A stretch of DNA of 61,236 nt. It comes from an uncultured Erysipelotrichaceae bacterium. Lineage in GTDB: Bacteria; Bacillota_I; Bacilli_A; RF39; UBA660. A program made the position numbers and the translations under genes. Position 1 is the first letter of the stretch; each line of letters begins with the position of its first letter. Under the pieces are notes generated by a model that was not told where the DNA came from, made no database searches, and saw only the letters and a program-made list of their open reading frames with translations. This document shows positions 1 to 9,328 of the stretch, in pieces. Location of the stretch: positions 1 through 61,236 of the forward strand of contig CADCJQ010000004.1 of the NCBI GenBank assembly GCA_902801795.1, given 5' to 3'.

Positions 1-608
1 CATTCAGTAGTTGTTAATACGGTTCTTCCATCAACCCAATCACTTGTTGTACCCATATTATCTGATTCTGTTCCATCGTAAGTATCGCTTATAGCTACTA
101 AATCACCATCAATATAAACTCTTAAAGTAATTGTTCCATTGACGTTAGTGTTTGGTGGAATATGACCTACAGCAAATTCACTGTCATTTTGAAGGATTGT
201 TCCATCTTCATATGAATATAATGTAACTGAATTTGCTGGTAAATCACTACTTGTTACATTAACACTTAATGGAATAGATTTTCCATTAGTAGTTATTCTG
301 ACATTACTAGCAGTTACTTTAAAATCAATTCCTCCAGGATAACTTGTGTTTCCTTGAATAGATACATTAACTGTCATAACATTATTAGTATCAGTTAAAA
401 TATCTCCTTTATCAATTGGAAAGACATTTTCTAATGTTACTGCTGTATAATTACTATTAAAATAGATATTCCCTACCGCAATACTATTAGGACTTCCTGT
501 TCTTGTATAGTTGAAGAATGCGATTGATACTCCTACTAAGGTACTAACCAACATAAATATCCCTAATACTATAATTAATATTTTTTTCTTTTTATTACTT
601 TGTTCCAT
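1..608 (-). CDS. Partial (runs off left edge) paralog of the 765-aa DGR target; SipW/TasA-like signal peptide surface protein
   Basis: ATG at 608 gives MEQSNKKRKILIIVLGIFMLVSTLVGVSIAFFNYTRTGSPNSIAVG...SDTYDGTESDNMGTTSDWVDGRTVLTTTE, open to the window edge. Colinear with 2799-3406 at offset 2798, no indels. Absent from the ORF track because it has no stop in the window. Confidence 0.9.
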   Translation of the reverse strand, partial: MEQSNKKKKILIIVLGIFMLVSTLVGVSIAFFNYTRTGSPNSIAVGNIYFNSNYTAVTLENVFPIDKGDILTDTNNVMTVNVSIQGNTSYPGGIDFKVTASNVRITTNGKSIPLSVNVTSSDLPANSVTLYSYEDGTILQNDSEFAVGHIPPNTNVNGTITLRVYIDGDLVAISDTYDGTESDNMGTTSDWVDGRTVLTTTE

Positions 609-625
609 AATATACCTCTTTCATC
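1..625. repeat. Long direct repeat, copy A (copy B 2799-3423)
   Basis: Near-identical nucleotide sequence, including RBS and start codon, at a constant 2798-nt offset. Confidence 0.9.
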
Positions 626-666
626 ATTTGAACAAATTACTATTCTATCTTTTACTTTATAACTAA

Positions 667-696
667 ATTATAAATGTTTTATATATAATAAGTCAA
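667..696 (-). promoter_or_regulatory. sigmaA-type promoter of the 1..608 paralog
   Basis: TTGACT-18 nt-TATAAT on - strand; same hexamers and spacing at 3466-3495 upstream of the 765-aa gene. Confidence 0.6.
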
Positions 697-706
697 TATT
701 TTTTCT

Positions 707-735
707 AAAAAAACTGCATACCATTTGCAGTTTTT
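707..735 (-). terminator. Rho-independent terminator closing the TR-spacer unit
   Basis: Inverted repeat aaaaactgca(709-718)/tgcagttttt(726-735), 7-nt loop, T-run on both strands. Confidence 0.7.
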
Positions 736-887
736 CACATAAATTAATGCGAGTATCTAGTTACTTTCAGAATATCCAATTGTAACATCTCCATTTATTG
801 TTTTAGTACTATGTACAAGGAATATAGTTTGTTTATAATCTTTTATAGTTAACTAACAATACCTAACTAATTAGTTTTTATAAGCTC
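736..887 (-). ncRNA. Putative DGR spacer (3' flank of the TR RNA)
   Basis: About 150 nt non-coding segment between TR end and terminator, in the position of the Sp region of characterised DGR RNAs; positional inference only. Confidence 0.4.
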
Positions 888-961
888 TAGGGCGATCACC
901 GTTCGCGTTAGTCGGATTGTTGCCGTTGCCATTGTTGTTCACGTTCCAGACGTTCGAGGTT
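888..961 (-). mobile_element. DGR template repeat (TR)
   Basis: - strand: acc tcg aac gtc tgg aac gtg aac aac aat ggc aac ggc aac aat ccg act aac gcg aac ggt gat cgc cct a (8 AAC + 2 AAT). Intergenic. Aligns to two VRs with mismatches almost only at TR adenines. Confidence 0.92.
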
Positions 962-998
962 CCTTCATTATACACCTATCAATCACTTGACATTATTT

Positions 999-1007
999 AT
1001 TATATCA
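999..1007 (-). promoter_or_regulatory. Extended -10 element upstream of TR
   Basis: TGATATAAT (TGnTATAAT) on - strand about 40 nt upstream of TR; no consensus -35. Confidence 0.45.
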
Positions 1008-1056
1008 TATAATTCGGGACGCATTCCATATTTGACACTTATTTACATTATTGAAA

Positions 1057-1087
1057 TCCCCATAGGGTTTAGAAAACCCTATGGGGA
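1057..1087. other. Perfect 14-bp hairpin/cruciform downstream of the DGR target gene
   Basis: tccccatagggttt-aga-aaaccctatgggga; 3-nt loop, no U-tract, about 20 nt after the stop codon. Confidence 0.75.
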
Positions 1088-1108
1088 ATAATGGTATATC
1101 CTGTTGTT

Positions 1109-3406
1109 TTATAATCCCACTACATACGGATCACTTTCTGTTCCAGATCCAGAAAGTATTTTAACCATAGATTTTAGATGAAGTGTAGGGCGACCACCGC
1201 TCGCGTTAGTCGGACTGCCGATGTCGCCGTAGCCACGGATGTGCACGAGCAAGACGTTCGAGGTTGAATATCTATTCATTAACCACATACTAATTGAATT
1301 AGAACTACCTCCTGCCTGTTGTGTTGCAAACATCTCGCCATACCTTGGCAACCCTATATTAAATGTACCAGTCTGACTTGTTTCATCACATACTTTTGTA
1401 TTCCCACTAGTTGTATTTGCACATACTGATAATTTATAATTATTATAACCACTTGTTCCTAGATAGTATGTGCCACTTGTAAATAATTCACCATACGTTT
1501 TTACTAACTTATCATAATAACCAGTATTACTAATATCACTATTATCTACTCTATTTAAATATTCATACCATGTATCTGTACCTATTGTTGTACCACTTCC
1601 CCATAATGTACTAGCAGTACCTGTACTTGTTGCGAATTTTCGTGTTCCTTTATTATCTGCATAATCCATTGCAATTATTTTGGTTTTATTATCTTCTACT
1701 CCAATTATTCTAAATACTTGTTCATTTTCATCATTTACAAGTTTTACATATTCGCCACTTAATCTTGTATTTATTAAGTCGTTAGTTTTTCCTATATCTT
1801 TATCCCCTACTATTTTATATGGGTTATCACGTGTTCCGACTCCGGTGAATTCCAATCCAGATTTTAGATAAATAGTAGGGCGAACACCGAACGCGCTAGC
1901 CGGATTGTCGTAGTCGCCGTTGCCACCGTAGTACACGCTCCAGACTTTCGAGGTATTATATGGATTTAATAGCCACCAAAAATATCCTATATTAAGATAT
2001 CCTGTACCACGAGTTGAGCCTGTACAAGCAGTACTTCCTATACAACGATAACTATTATAATATTCATAACTATTAAGTAATCCTACATTAGCAGTTACCA
2101 TATTATTTTCTAATGGTTTCGTGCTTATTGTGGTATTTGCTGGCATTGTAGCATTCCACCTCTTCGTTGTATCAATAAAATTGCTTGGTTGATATAAAGT
2201 ATCATAAAAATCTTCATTTAACCATTGATACATATATGATGTGGTATTTTCATCAGTATAGAAATTAACTTGTCCTGATTCATTAAATGCAATTAATGTG
2301 ATATTATTTTCAGTAATTAACTTCATTGTTCCATCAGGATATATAGCTGTTATTCGCCATAGTTTACCTGAATACCATACATAGTTAAAGTTGATACAAT
2401 CCTTGGTTCCTGAGAAATAAGTTATTTCATCTTCAACATATTTAATGTTTTGACATGTACCTGTTGCATGCTCATTGATAGCTTCTAATACTTTTTCTGA
2501 GCCTGATTGTTTTTTTATTACAGCATACAAAGTTGTATCACTATTAAAGTTAATGGTATCTCCTAATTTATATTCAACTTCCCCATCTGGTGTAGTACTC
2601 CATCCTCTAAAGTTAGGAACATCAAGAGATGCGGTTATGGTATCAGTTCCATCTCCTTTTAATGCTTGTCGTAATGGTGTACTTCCTAATAACTGATTTT
2701 TATTATAAGTTAGATAGCCGACAGCATTTGAATCATATACTCCTTCATCAGCAGATACTTTAACACTAAAACCAATTCCAGATGTTTGTAAAGCATTCCA
2801 TTCAGTAGTTGTTAATACTGTTCTTCCTCTTACCCAATCACTTGTTGTACCCATATTATCTGATTCTGTTCCATCATAGGTATCACTTACGGCTACTTGA
2901 TTACCATCAATATAAACTCTTAAAGTAATTGTTCCATTAACATTCGTATTTGGTGGAATATGACCTACAGCAAATTCTGAATCATTTTGAAGGATTGTAC
3001 CATCTTCATATGAATATAATGTAACTGAATTATTAGGTAAATCACTACTTGTTACATTAACACTTAAGGGAATATTTTTTCCATTAGTCGTTATTCTAAC
3101 ATTACTTGCCGTTACTTTATAATCAATTCCTCCAGGATAACTTGTGTTTCCTTGAATAGAAACATTAATTGTCATAACATTATCTGTATCAGTTAAAACA
3201 TTTGCTTTATCAATTGGAAAGACATTTTCTAATGTTACTGCCGTATAATTACTATTAAAATAGATATTCCCTACCGCAATACTATTAGGACTACCGGTTC
3301 TTGTATAGTTGAAGAAGGCTATTGATACTCCTACTAAAGTACTAACCAACATAAGTAGTCCTAATACCATAAATAAAGTTTTTTTCTTTTTATTACTTTG
3401 TTCCAT
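1109..3406 (-). CDS. DGR target surface protein: SipW-type signal peptide, TasA-like N module, InlB B-repeat-like linker, two tandem C-type-lectin-fold (DUF6273-like) domains each ending in a VR
   Basis: N-term GVSIAFFNYTRTG; FRGWSTTPDG...TTLYAV repeat; twice-repeated WRI/FRIIG...GL...W.L....G.RP...LKS...G.GT..PY domain; both domain ends match TR. Confidence 0.85.
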   Translation of the reverse strand: MEQSNKKKKTLFMVLGLLMLVSTLVGVSIAFFNYTRTGSPNSIAVGNIYFNSNYTAVTLENVFPIDKANVLTDTDNVMTINVSIQGNTSYPGGIDYKVTASNVRITTNGKNIPLSVNVTSSDLPNNSVTLYSYEDGTILQNDSEFAVGHIPPNTNVNGTITLRVYIDGNQVAVSDTYDGTESDNMGTTSDWVRGRTVLTTTEWNALQTSGIGFSVKVSADEGVYDSNAVGYLTYNKNQLLGSTPLRQALKGDGTDTITASLDVPNFRGWSTTPDGEVEYKLGDTINFNSDTTLYAVIKKQSGSEKVLEAINEHATGTCQNIKYVEDEITYFSGTKDCINFNYVWYSGKLWRITAIYPDGTMKLITENNITLIAFNESGQVNFYTDENTTSYMYQWLNEDFYDTLYQPSNFIDTTKRWNATMPANTTISTKPLENNMVTANVGLLNSYEYYNSYRCIGSTACTGSTRGTGYLNIGYFWWLLNPYNTSKVWSVYYGGNGDYDNPASAFGVRPTIYLKSGLEFTGVGTRDNPYKIVGDKDIGKTNDLINTRLSGEYVKLVNDENEQVFRIIGVEDNKTKIIAMDYADNKGTRKFATSTGTASTLWGSGTTIGTDTWYEYLNRVDNSDISNTGYYDKLVKTYGELFTSGTYYLGTSGYNNYKLSVCANTTSGNTKVCDETSQTGTFNIGLPRYGEMFATQQAGGSSNSISMWLMNRYSTSNVLLVHIRGYGDIGSPTNASGGRPTLHLKSMVKILSGSGTESDPYVVGL
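1186..1265 (-). repeat. DGR variable repeat VR1 (C-terminal domain)
   Basis: Versus TR: 11 substitutions at A, 1 at non-A (tgg>ttg), plus 2 extra NNC codons. 50/80 GC in an AT-rich gene. Encodes TSNVLLVHIRGYGDIGSPTNASGGRP. Confidence 0.9.
1876..1954 (-). repeat. DGR variable repeat VR2 (internal domain)
   Basis: Versus TR: 11 substitutions at A, 1 at non-A (aac>aaa), plus 2 extra NNC codons. Encodes TSKVWSVYYGGNGDYDNPASAFGVRP. Confidence 0.9.
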
Positions 3407-3465
3407 AATATACCTCTTTCATCTTCAAAACAAAACATTCAAACCTATTTCCCTCTACACTAAAA

Positions 3466-3495
3466 ATTATATACGCTTTTCTTATATTAAGTCAA
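3466..3495 (-). promoter_or_regulatory. sigmaA-type promoter of the 765-aa gene
   Basis: TTGACT-18 nt-TATAAT, conserved with 667-696. Confidence 0.6.
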
Positions 3496-3540
3496 TAAAT
3501 AATTTCATTTTTATACAATGAATTTACATGAGGTGTAAAG

Positions 3541-3603
3541 TTGATTAATAAAATTAAAGAATTAAGAAAAGATTATGATTTAAAACAAGTCCAAAATACA
3601 TAA
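3541..3603 (+). pseudogene. Truncated XRE-family HTH remnant
   Basis: GAGGTG RBS + TTG gives LINKIKELRKDYDLKQVQNT*, similar to the start of 3704..3919 (MYLKRLKDLREDHDLKQ). Confidence 0.55.
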
Positions 3604-3703
3604 ATACCTCATATCTTTTATAAATATATTATACACGATATTTATTGTATGTTAAAATATTTTATATTATTTCTGATAAATTTTTATTAGTGAGGTAATT
3701 AAT

Positions 3704-3919
3704 ATGTATTTAAAAAGATTAAAAGATTTACGAGAAGATCATGATTTAAAACAAAAGGATATTGCAGAACTTCTTAATATATCCCAACAATATTATAGTG
3801 AGTATGAATTAGGTAAAAGAAGTATTCCTATTGAAATACTAATAACTTTATCAAAATATTATAAAGTATCAGCTGATTATATATTAGAACTTTCTGATAT
3901 TAAGAAAAGAAGACAGTAA
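3704..3919 (+). CDS. XRE-family HTH transcriptional regulator
   Basis: LKDLRED..LKQ..IAE.LNISQQYYS.YE.G.R.IP HTH_3 pattern; GAGGT RBS. Confidence 0.9.
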   Translation: MYLKRLKDLREDHDLKQKDIAELLNISQQYYSEYELGKRSIPIEILITLSKYYKVSADYILELSDIKKRRQ

Positions 3920-3927
3920 TTAACAGC

Positions 3928-4578
3928 CTATCTTCTTTTTCTTATTTTAATATTCTCTATCATTAAATTAACTCTTTTTAGTTTATTCTTTAATGATAAA
4001 TTCGATAATATCTTTTTATTGGTATTATAGATTTCTTGATAATAATTTTTTACGATTTCATCTTGGAAATTAAGTTTACCAAAATAATAATTAATGTTAT
4101 CTTTTCCTTTAAGATAACAACTTACTAAATAATATTTTTCTTTTTCATAAACCATTACTTCATTATCTAATTTAAAACCATGTTTTGCTATTTCTTTTCG
4201 TGTTAAAGGAAAGTCATTATTTGGTGAAATAATTATCTTTTTGATATGAGGATATTTTTTGATATCTTTTAAAATATTAGTAATTGTTATTCCTCCCATA
4301 CCAGATATTACTATCGTATCTATTTCATCATCAATTGTTTCTAGTCCGTTACCTTGTTTTAAAAGAATTTTATCTTCTACATGATATTTTTTATTATTTT
4401 CCAAGGCTTTTTGAAGAGGTCCACTATTAATATCACTACTAATCATTTTTAAAACATTTTTATGAAGTACTAGGTCAATTCCTAATAATCCATGATCACA
4501 ACCAATATCAATTACTTTGTCATTTGAATTTATAAAAGCGCTTATTGTACTTAAGCGCTTATTTAATATTGTTTTCAT
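3928..4578 (-). CDS. trmK: tRNA (adenine22-N1)-methyltransferase
   Basis: DIGCDHG, DI..GPL, GNGL, ISGMGG motifs; synteny after rpoD. Confidence 0.85.
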   Translation of the reverse strand: MKTILNKRLSTISAFINSNDKVIDIGCDHGLLGIDLVLHKNVLKMISSDINSGPLQKALENNKKYHVEDKILLKQGNGLETIDDEIDTIVISGMGGITITNILKDIKKYPHIKKIIISPNNDFPLTRKEIAKHGFKLDNEVMVYEKEKYYLVSCYLKGKDNINYYFGKLNFQDEIVKNYYQEIYNTNKKILSNLSLKNKLKRVNLMIENIKIRKRR

Positions 4579-5672
4579 TAATCAGTTAAAAAATCCTTTA
4601 ATTTACGACTACGACTTGGATGTCTTAATTTACGTAAGGCTTTCGCTTCAATTTGTCTTATACGTTCTCTTGTAACATTAAAGACTTGTCCAACTTCCTC
4701 TAGTGTTCTACATTGTCCATCATCAAGTCCAAAACGAAGACGAAGTACTTTCTCTTCTCTTTCGGTTAAAGTTAATAAAACACCGGATAATTCTTCTTTT
4801 AACATTTCAATCGTTGTATATTCTTCAGGAGACATACTTCTCTCATCTCTTATGAAATCTCCTAAATGGGTATCATCTTCTTCACCAATAGGTGTTTCAA
4901 GACTTACTGGGTCTTGACTTATTTTATATACTTCACGAACCTTCTCTACTGATAAACCTATTTTCTTAGCAAGTTCTTCTTCGGTTGGTTCACGATTTAA
5001 TTCTTGTGTTAATTGTCTTTGAATACGAGCAAGTTTATTAATTGTTTCAACCATATGAACTGGTATTCTTATTGTTCTTGCTTGATCCGCAATCGCACGA
5101 GTTATCGCTTGTCTTATCCACCAAGTAGCATAAGTTGAGAATTTGTATCCTTTAGCAGGATCAAATTTTTCTACTGCTTTCATTAAACCAATATTACCTT
5201 CTTGAATTAAATCAAGAAATAACATTCCACGTCCTACATAACGTTTTGCAATACTTACAACAAGACGCAAATTACTTTCTGCAAGCATTCTTTTAGCGTA
5301 TTCATCACCTTGTTCTGCTTGTAGGGCATATTCATATTCATCATCACTTGATAAAAGATTAATACGTCCAATTTCCTTTAGATACATTCTAACAGGATCA
5401 GTTATTTTAATATCATCAGAATTCGTTAAATCTTCTAAGATTTTTTCTGGTGATTCATCACCTTCATCATCACCATCATTTAATCCTTCTTCTGAAACAA
5501 TTTGAATATGGTTATTTAAAAATGTATTGTATAAATCATCTAATGTATCAGAATCTAGTTCAAGTCCTTTTAACTCATCAGCAATTTGTTCATAAGTTAC
5601 ATAACCTTTTTGCTTTCCAAGTTCTATTAATGACTCTTTTCTTTCTTCAATAGTTCTAACTTCATTTACCAT
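4578..5672 (-). CDS. rpoD: Primary sigma factor
   Basis: [63 protein letters not shown]. Confidence 0.98.
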   Translation of the reverse strand: MVNEVRTIEERKESLIELGKQKGYVTYEQIADELKGLELDSDTLDDLYNTFLNNHIQIVSEEGLNDGDDEGDESPEKILEDLTNSDDIKITDPVRMYLKEIGRINLLSSDDEYEYALQAEQGDEYAKRMLAESNLRLVVSIAKRYVGRGMLFLDLIQEGNIGLMKAVEKFDPAKGYKFSTYATWWIRQAITRAIADQARTIRIPVHMVETINKLARIQRQLTQELNREPTEEELAKKIGLSVEKVREVYKISQDPVSLETPIGEEDDTHLGDFIRDERSMSPEEYTTIEMLKEELSGVLLTLTEREEKVLRLRFGLDDGQCRTLEEVGQVFNVTRERIRQIEAKALRKLRHPSRSRKLKDFLTD

Positions 5673-7411
5673 GATTTTCCCTCTTTCATTTTCAGTACTC
5701 TTACTTCTTCCATTAATTTCATTTGACGCTCAAGACTACTTTCTTCCTTTATTTCTTTCTCTAATTTTCTAATTTCAAGAGCTATATTATAATTCTTTAT
5801 TGCAATCAAACATTCATTAACTTGATTATCATCAATTATTTCTGGATAATCATTCGAAAGTATTTTTTTAAGTACTTCCATTAGACTTTTTTCTTCTTTT
5901 TGATTTAATAATGTATAAAAACTAGCTTCACTAATTTCACCATATTGATTATAATAAGAAACAATTTCATTAAAAAGTATTCTTATTTCTTTATTTGGTA
6001 TATATACATTACTATTATCAATTAAAGTAATTGCTCGAGTATAATTAAGCGAATAATAAATAAGTGATTCCATCGCCTTATTAAAACCATCTTTTTTGTC
6101 TTTTTTAACGACTAAATCTTCCTTTTTCACTACCATTTTATCGCTTGCTCGTAGTTCAATTAACTTTTTTTCCAAGGTATTATACCATACATTAGTATCA
6201 TTTGCAAGATTTTTTAACATTATTTCGCATTTAATTTCATCTTTTTCTTTAACAATTTCATCTAAAACTTTATTAACGTAATTGGTTTTATCATCAACAT
6301 CATTTAAATTATAATTTTTCTTTAAAGCCTTTATTTTATATTCGTTATAAGGAATCGCATTATCAATTAATTCTTTAAAACTATTTTCCCCATATTTTAA
6401 AATATAATCATCCGGATCTAATCCATCATTTAGGGAAACAACATATACTTTTGCCCCCATTGATGTAAAAACATCCCCTGACTTTAATGTTGCTTTCTTC
6501 CCTGCTTCATCACCATCATAACATAAATAAATAGCATTACTTAATTTTTTAATAAAGGATGCTTGTTCATTAGATAAAGCAGTTCCCATGGTGGCAATAC
6601 AATTAGTTACCCCAATCGTGAAAGATCTTATAACAGCCATAAAACCTTCCATAACAATAACGTATTTCTTTTTTCTAATTTCTTCTTTTGCACGATGGTA
6701 ATTATATAAATTCTCTCTTTTCTTAAAAATAGGTGTTTCTTTGGTATTTTGATATTTATTTAAATCACTATTATCATAAATTCTTCCGGAAAAGCCGATT
6801 ACCTTACCATCTTTATTATGCAAAGGAAACATAATTCGATTAATATAACTATCATGATTCGTACTTGATAAATCAATTAAATTAAGTTCTTCCAAAGAAT
6901 GCCCTTTATTAACTAAAAGATTGGTTAACATATCTGGTTTACTAAGTGATAAACCAATACCAAATTCATTAATAATCTCTTTGGTTAAATGTCTTTTTTC
7001 TAAATATTCTCTGGCTTTCACACCTTCCGTACTTACTAAATTATTTTGATAAAACTTATTAGCAATATCCATAATCTCATAATATTTTTGATATTTATCA
7101 TCTTCTTGTTTTGAAGTTATTCCCATATCCATACCAACAGATTTAGCAAGAATATTAACAGCTTCTATAAAACTAACATGTTCATAATTTTTAACAAAAT
7201 CAAAGGAATTACCACCTTCACCACAAACAAAACATTTATATATTTGTTTATCTGGTGATACAGAAAGACTTGGTTTATGATCATCATGAAAAGGACAAAC
7301 ACCAAAGTAATTACGTCCTTTTTTGGTAAGAGGAATATAATTAGAAATAACCGTTACAATATCTAATTTATTTTGTAATTCATTTAGTTTATCTTGATTC
7401 ATAATAATCAC
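5666..7411 (-). CDS. dnaG: DNA primase
   Basis: [14 protein letters not shown] zinc finger, RIMFP, EGFM, YDGDEAG TOPRIM, DPDD. Confidence 0.97.
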   Translation of the reverse strand: MIIMNQDKLNELQNKLDIVTVISNYIPLTKKGRNYFGVCPFHDDHKPSLSVSPDKQIYKCFVCGEGGNSFDFVKNYEHVSFIEAVNILAKSVGMDMGITSKQEDDKYQKYYEIMDIANKFYQNNLVSTEGVKAREYLEKRHLTKEIINEFGIGLSLSKPDMLTNLLVNKGHSLEELNLIDLSSTNHDSYINRIMFPLHNKDGKVIGFSGRIYDNSDLNKYQNTKETPIFKKRENLYNYHRAKEEIRKKKYVIVMEGFMAVIRSFTIGVTNCIATMGTALSNEQASFIKKLSNAIYLCYDGDEAGKKATLKSGDVFTSMGAKVYVVSLNDGLDPDDYILKYGENSFKELIDNAIPYNEYKIKALKKNYNLNDVDDKTNYVNKVLDEIVKEKDEIKCEIMLKNLANDTNVWYNTLEKKLIELRASDKMVVKKEDLVVKKDKKDGFNKAMESLIYYSLNYTRAITLIDNSNVYIPNKEIRILFNEIVSYYNQYGEISEASFYTLLNQKEEKSLMEVLKKILSNDYPEIIDDNQVNECLIAIKNYNIALEIRKLEKEIKEESSLERQMKLMEEVRVLKMKEGKSW

Positions 7412-7488
7412 CTTCTTTTTTTATATCTTCCCTATAATAATATCATAAATTTTAAAAAGAAAAAAGAACATTGACATTATCAATGCTT

Positions 7489-9144
7489 TTATACTTCTTG
7501 AATAACGGTAATGATAATTGGTTTACTATCTGTTTCTTGATAAAAGTATTTTCCTAATTTTTCCCGTATTTCTTGTTTAATTAAATTATAGTCTACTTTA
7601 TCACCTTTGGTAATACTATTTTTAATTACTTGTAAAGATACAACTTCACTTTCTTTAACAATATCCATATTATCTCTTACAAAGATAAATCCTCTTGTTA
7701 ATACTTGTGGACCAGAGATTATCTCTTTCGTTTCTTTATTTAAAGTAGCACAAACAATAACAATACCATTTTCGGCAAGCATTTCACGGTCTTTTAGAAC
7801 AAGTTCTCCAATATCATCAGAACTTTTACCATCAATTAATATCTCATCTACATCAACATGTTCACCATTATTAATTAATTCTCCATTAACAAAAGTTACA
7901 ACATCACCATTTTGTTTTAAAATAATATTCTCCTTTTTAAGACCACATTTCCCTGCAATTTCGGCATTACGATATTGTTCCTTGTATTCTCCTTTAATAG
8001 GAAAATAATACTTTGGACTCATTAAATTAATCATTAACATCAAATCTTCTCTTGATGGATGTTCTAATAAATGTTTTTTATTTGATAAACTAATAACATT
8101 AAGATTCATTTTGGCAATTTCATCCATAATCGTTACCATTCTTTTTTCAATACCTAAATACATAGGTTCCGTAATAAAGATAGTATCTGATTCATTAACT
8201 TTAATATATTTATCATTACCTTTAATAATTCGTTCAATATTAGCATATGGTTTTTCTTTACCATCACTAATTAAGATAACGACACCTTTATCATTAATGT
8301 TACTAAGATCTCCTATTTTAGCAGGATTAATACTTAAATAATGACTACTTAAACACATGTTAATTAAGTCTTGCAAAGGTTTTCCCATAACCACAATCTT
8401 ACGATTAGTACTAGATACTTCATCAAAGATTTCTTGAAGACGAAAGATATGTGCAGGTAAAACACTCATAATAAATCTTCCTGGATATAAATTAAATTGT
8501 TCACGAATAAAATGATTAACACGATGATTAGGACTCGTATATCCCTTATGATTTGCATATAAACTTTCATTTAATAAGCATAATACTCCTTGTTTTCCCA
8601 CATAAGCAAGTTTTCCAATATCCATACTATAATGTCCTTGCATACCAGGATCAAAGATAAAATCTCCAGTATAAACAATCGCCCCATCTTTGGTATTTAA
8701 AACATAACATAAACTATCGGGAATAGAATGACTTACACTAATAGGATAAATACTAATATCCCCAAATTCTAATTTATAATAAGCTTTAATTTCATGTAAA
8801 TTTGCTTTCTCAATTTTGTCAGCTTTGAACTGCATACGAATTATTTCCATTGTAAAATGAGATGCATAAATCGCTACATTAGGCATATCCGATAAAATAT
8901 CTGATAAAGCTCCCATATTACTTTCATGTCCATGTGTTATAAAAATTCCCTTAATATTCTTATAATTCTTTTTTAAATAATCATAATTAGGTATGATATA
9001 ATCAATCCCTAACATCCTATCTCTTGGATACTTTAAACCTGCATCAAAAACAAAGATATCATTATCAACACTAACAACATACATGTTTTTACCGTCTTCA
9101 TTTAAACCACCAAGAGCAAAAATTTTAATTTTACTCAAATTCAT
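7489..9144 (-). CDS. Ribonuclease J family, J2-like with degenerate active site
   Basis: ALGGL.E.GKNM, DAG, HSIPD, TGDF, C-terminal P.II..I.EV; HxHxDH motif reads HGHESN. Confidence 0.88.
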   Translation of the reverse strand: MNLSKIKIFALGGLNEDGKNMYVVSVDNDIFVFDAGLKYPRDRMLGIDYIIPNYDYLKKNYKNIKGIFITHGHESNMGALSDILSDMPNVAIYASHFTMEIIRMQFKADKIEKANLHEIKAYYKLEFGDISIYPISVSHSIPDSLCYVLNTKDGAIVYTGDFIFDPGMQGHYSMDIGKLAYVGKQGVLCLLNESLYANHKGYTSPNHRVNHFIREQFNLYPGRFIMSVLPAHIFRLQEIFDEVSSTNRKIVVMGKPLQDLINMCLSSHYLSINPAKIGDLSNINDKGVVILISDGKEKPYANIERIIKGNDKYIKVNESDTIFITEPMYLGIEKRMVTIMDEIAKMNLNVISLSNKKHLLEHPSREDLMLMINLMSPKYYFPIKGEYKEQYRNAEIAGKCGLKKENIILKQNGDVVTFVNGELINNGEHVDVDEILIDGKSSDDIGELVLKDREMLAENGIVIVCATLNKETKEIISGPQVLTRGFIFVRDNMDIVKESEVVSLQVIKNSITKGDKVDYNLIKQEIREKLGKYFYQETDSKPIIITVIQEV

Positions 9145-9328
9145 TCCTTCTTTCTACATATTAAAAAATCTATAATTTACAATAAATTACTTTGATAAAC
9201 ACTCTTTAATTTTAATAAATGACTACAAAAAATATTTACAAATGTCTTCAAAAAGATTTTTAACAGTATTAATAATAGCACATAAAATGATTAATATCAA
9301 GTACTTTTATCAATTGAACTTATTTATC

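Noticed and set aside
987-1013. + strand TTGACA...TATAAT pointing into the 3' end of the target gene
   Set aside because: Spacing is only 15 nt in very AT-rich DNA; not enough support, although it loosely parallels 35526-35553.
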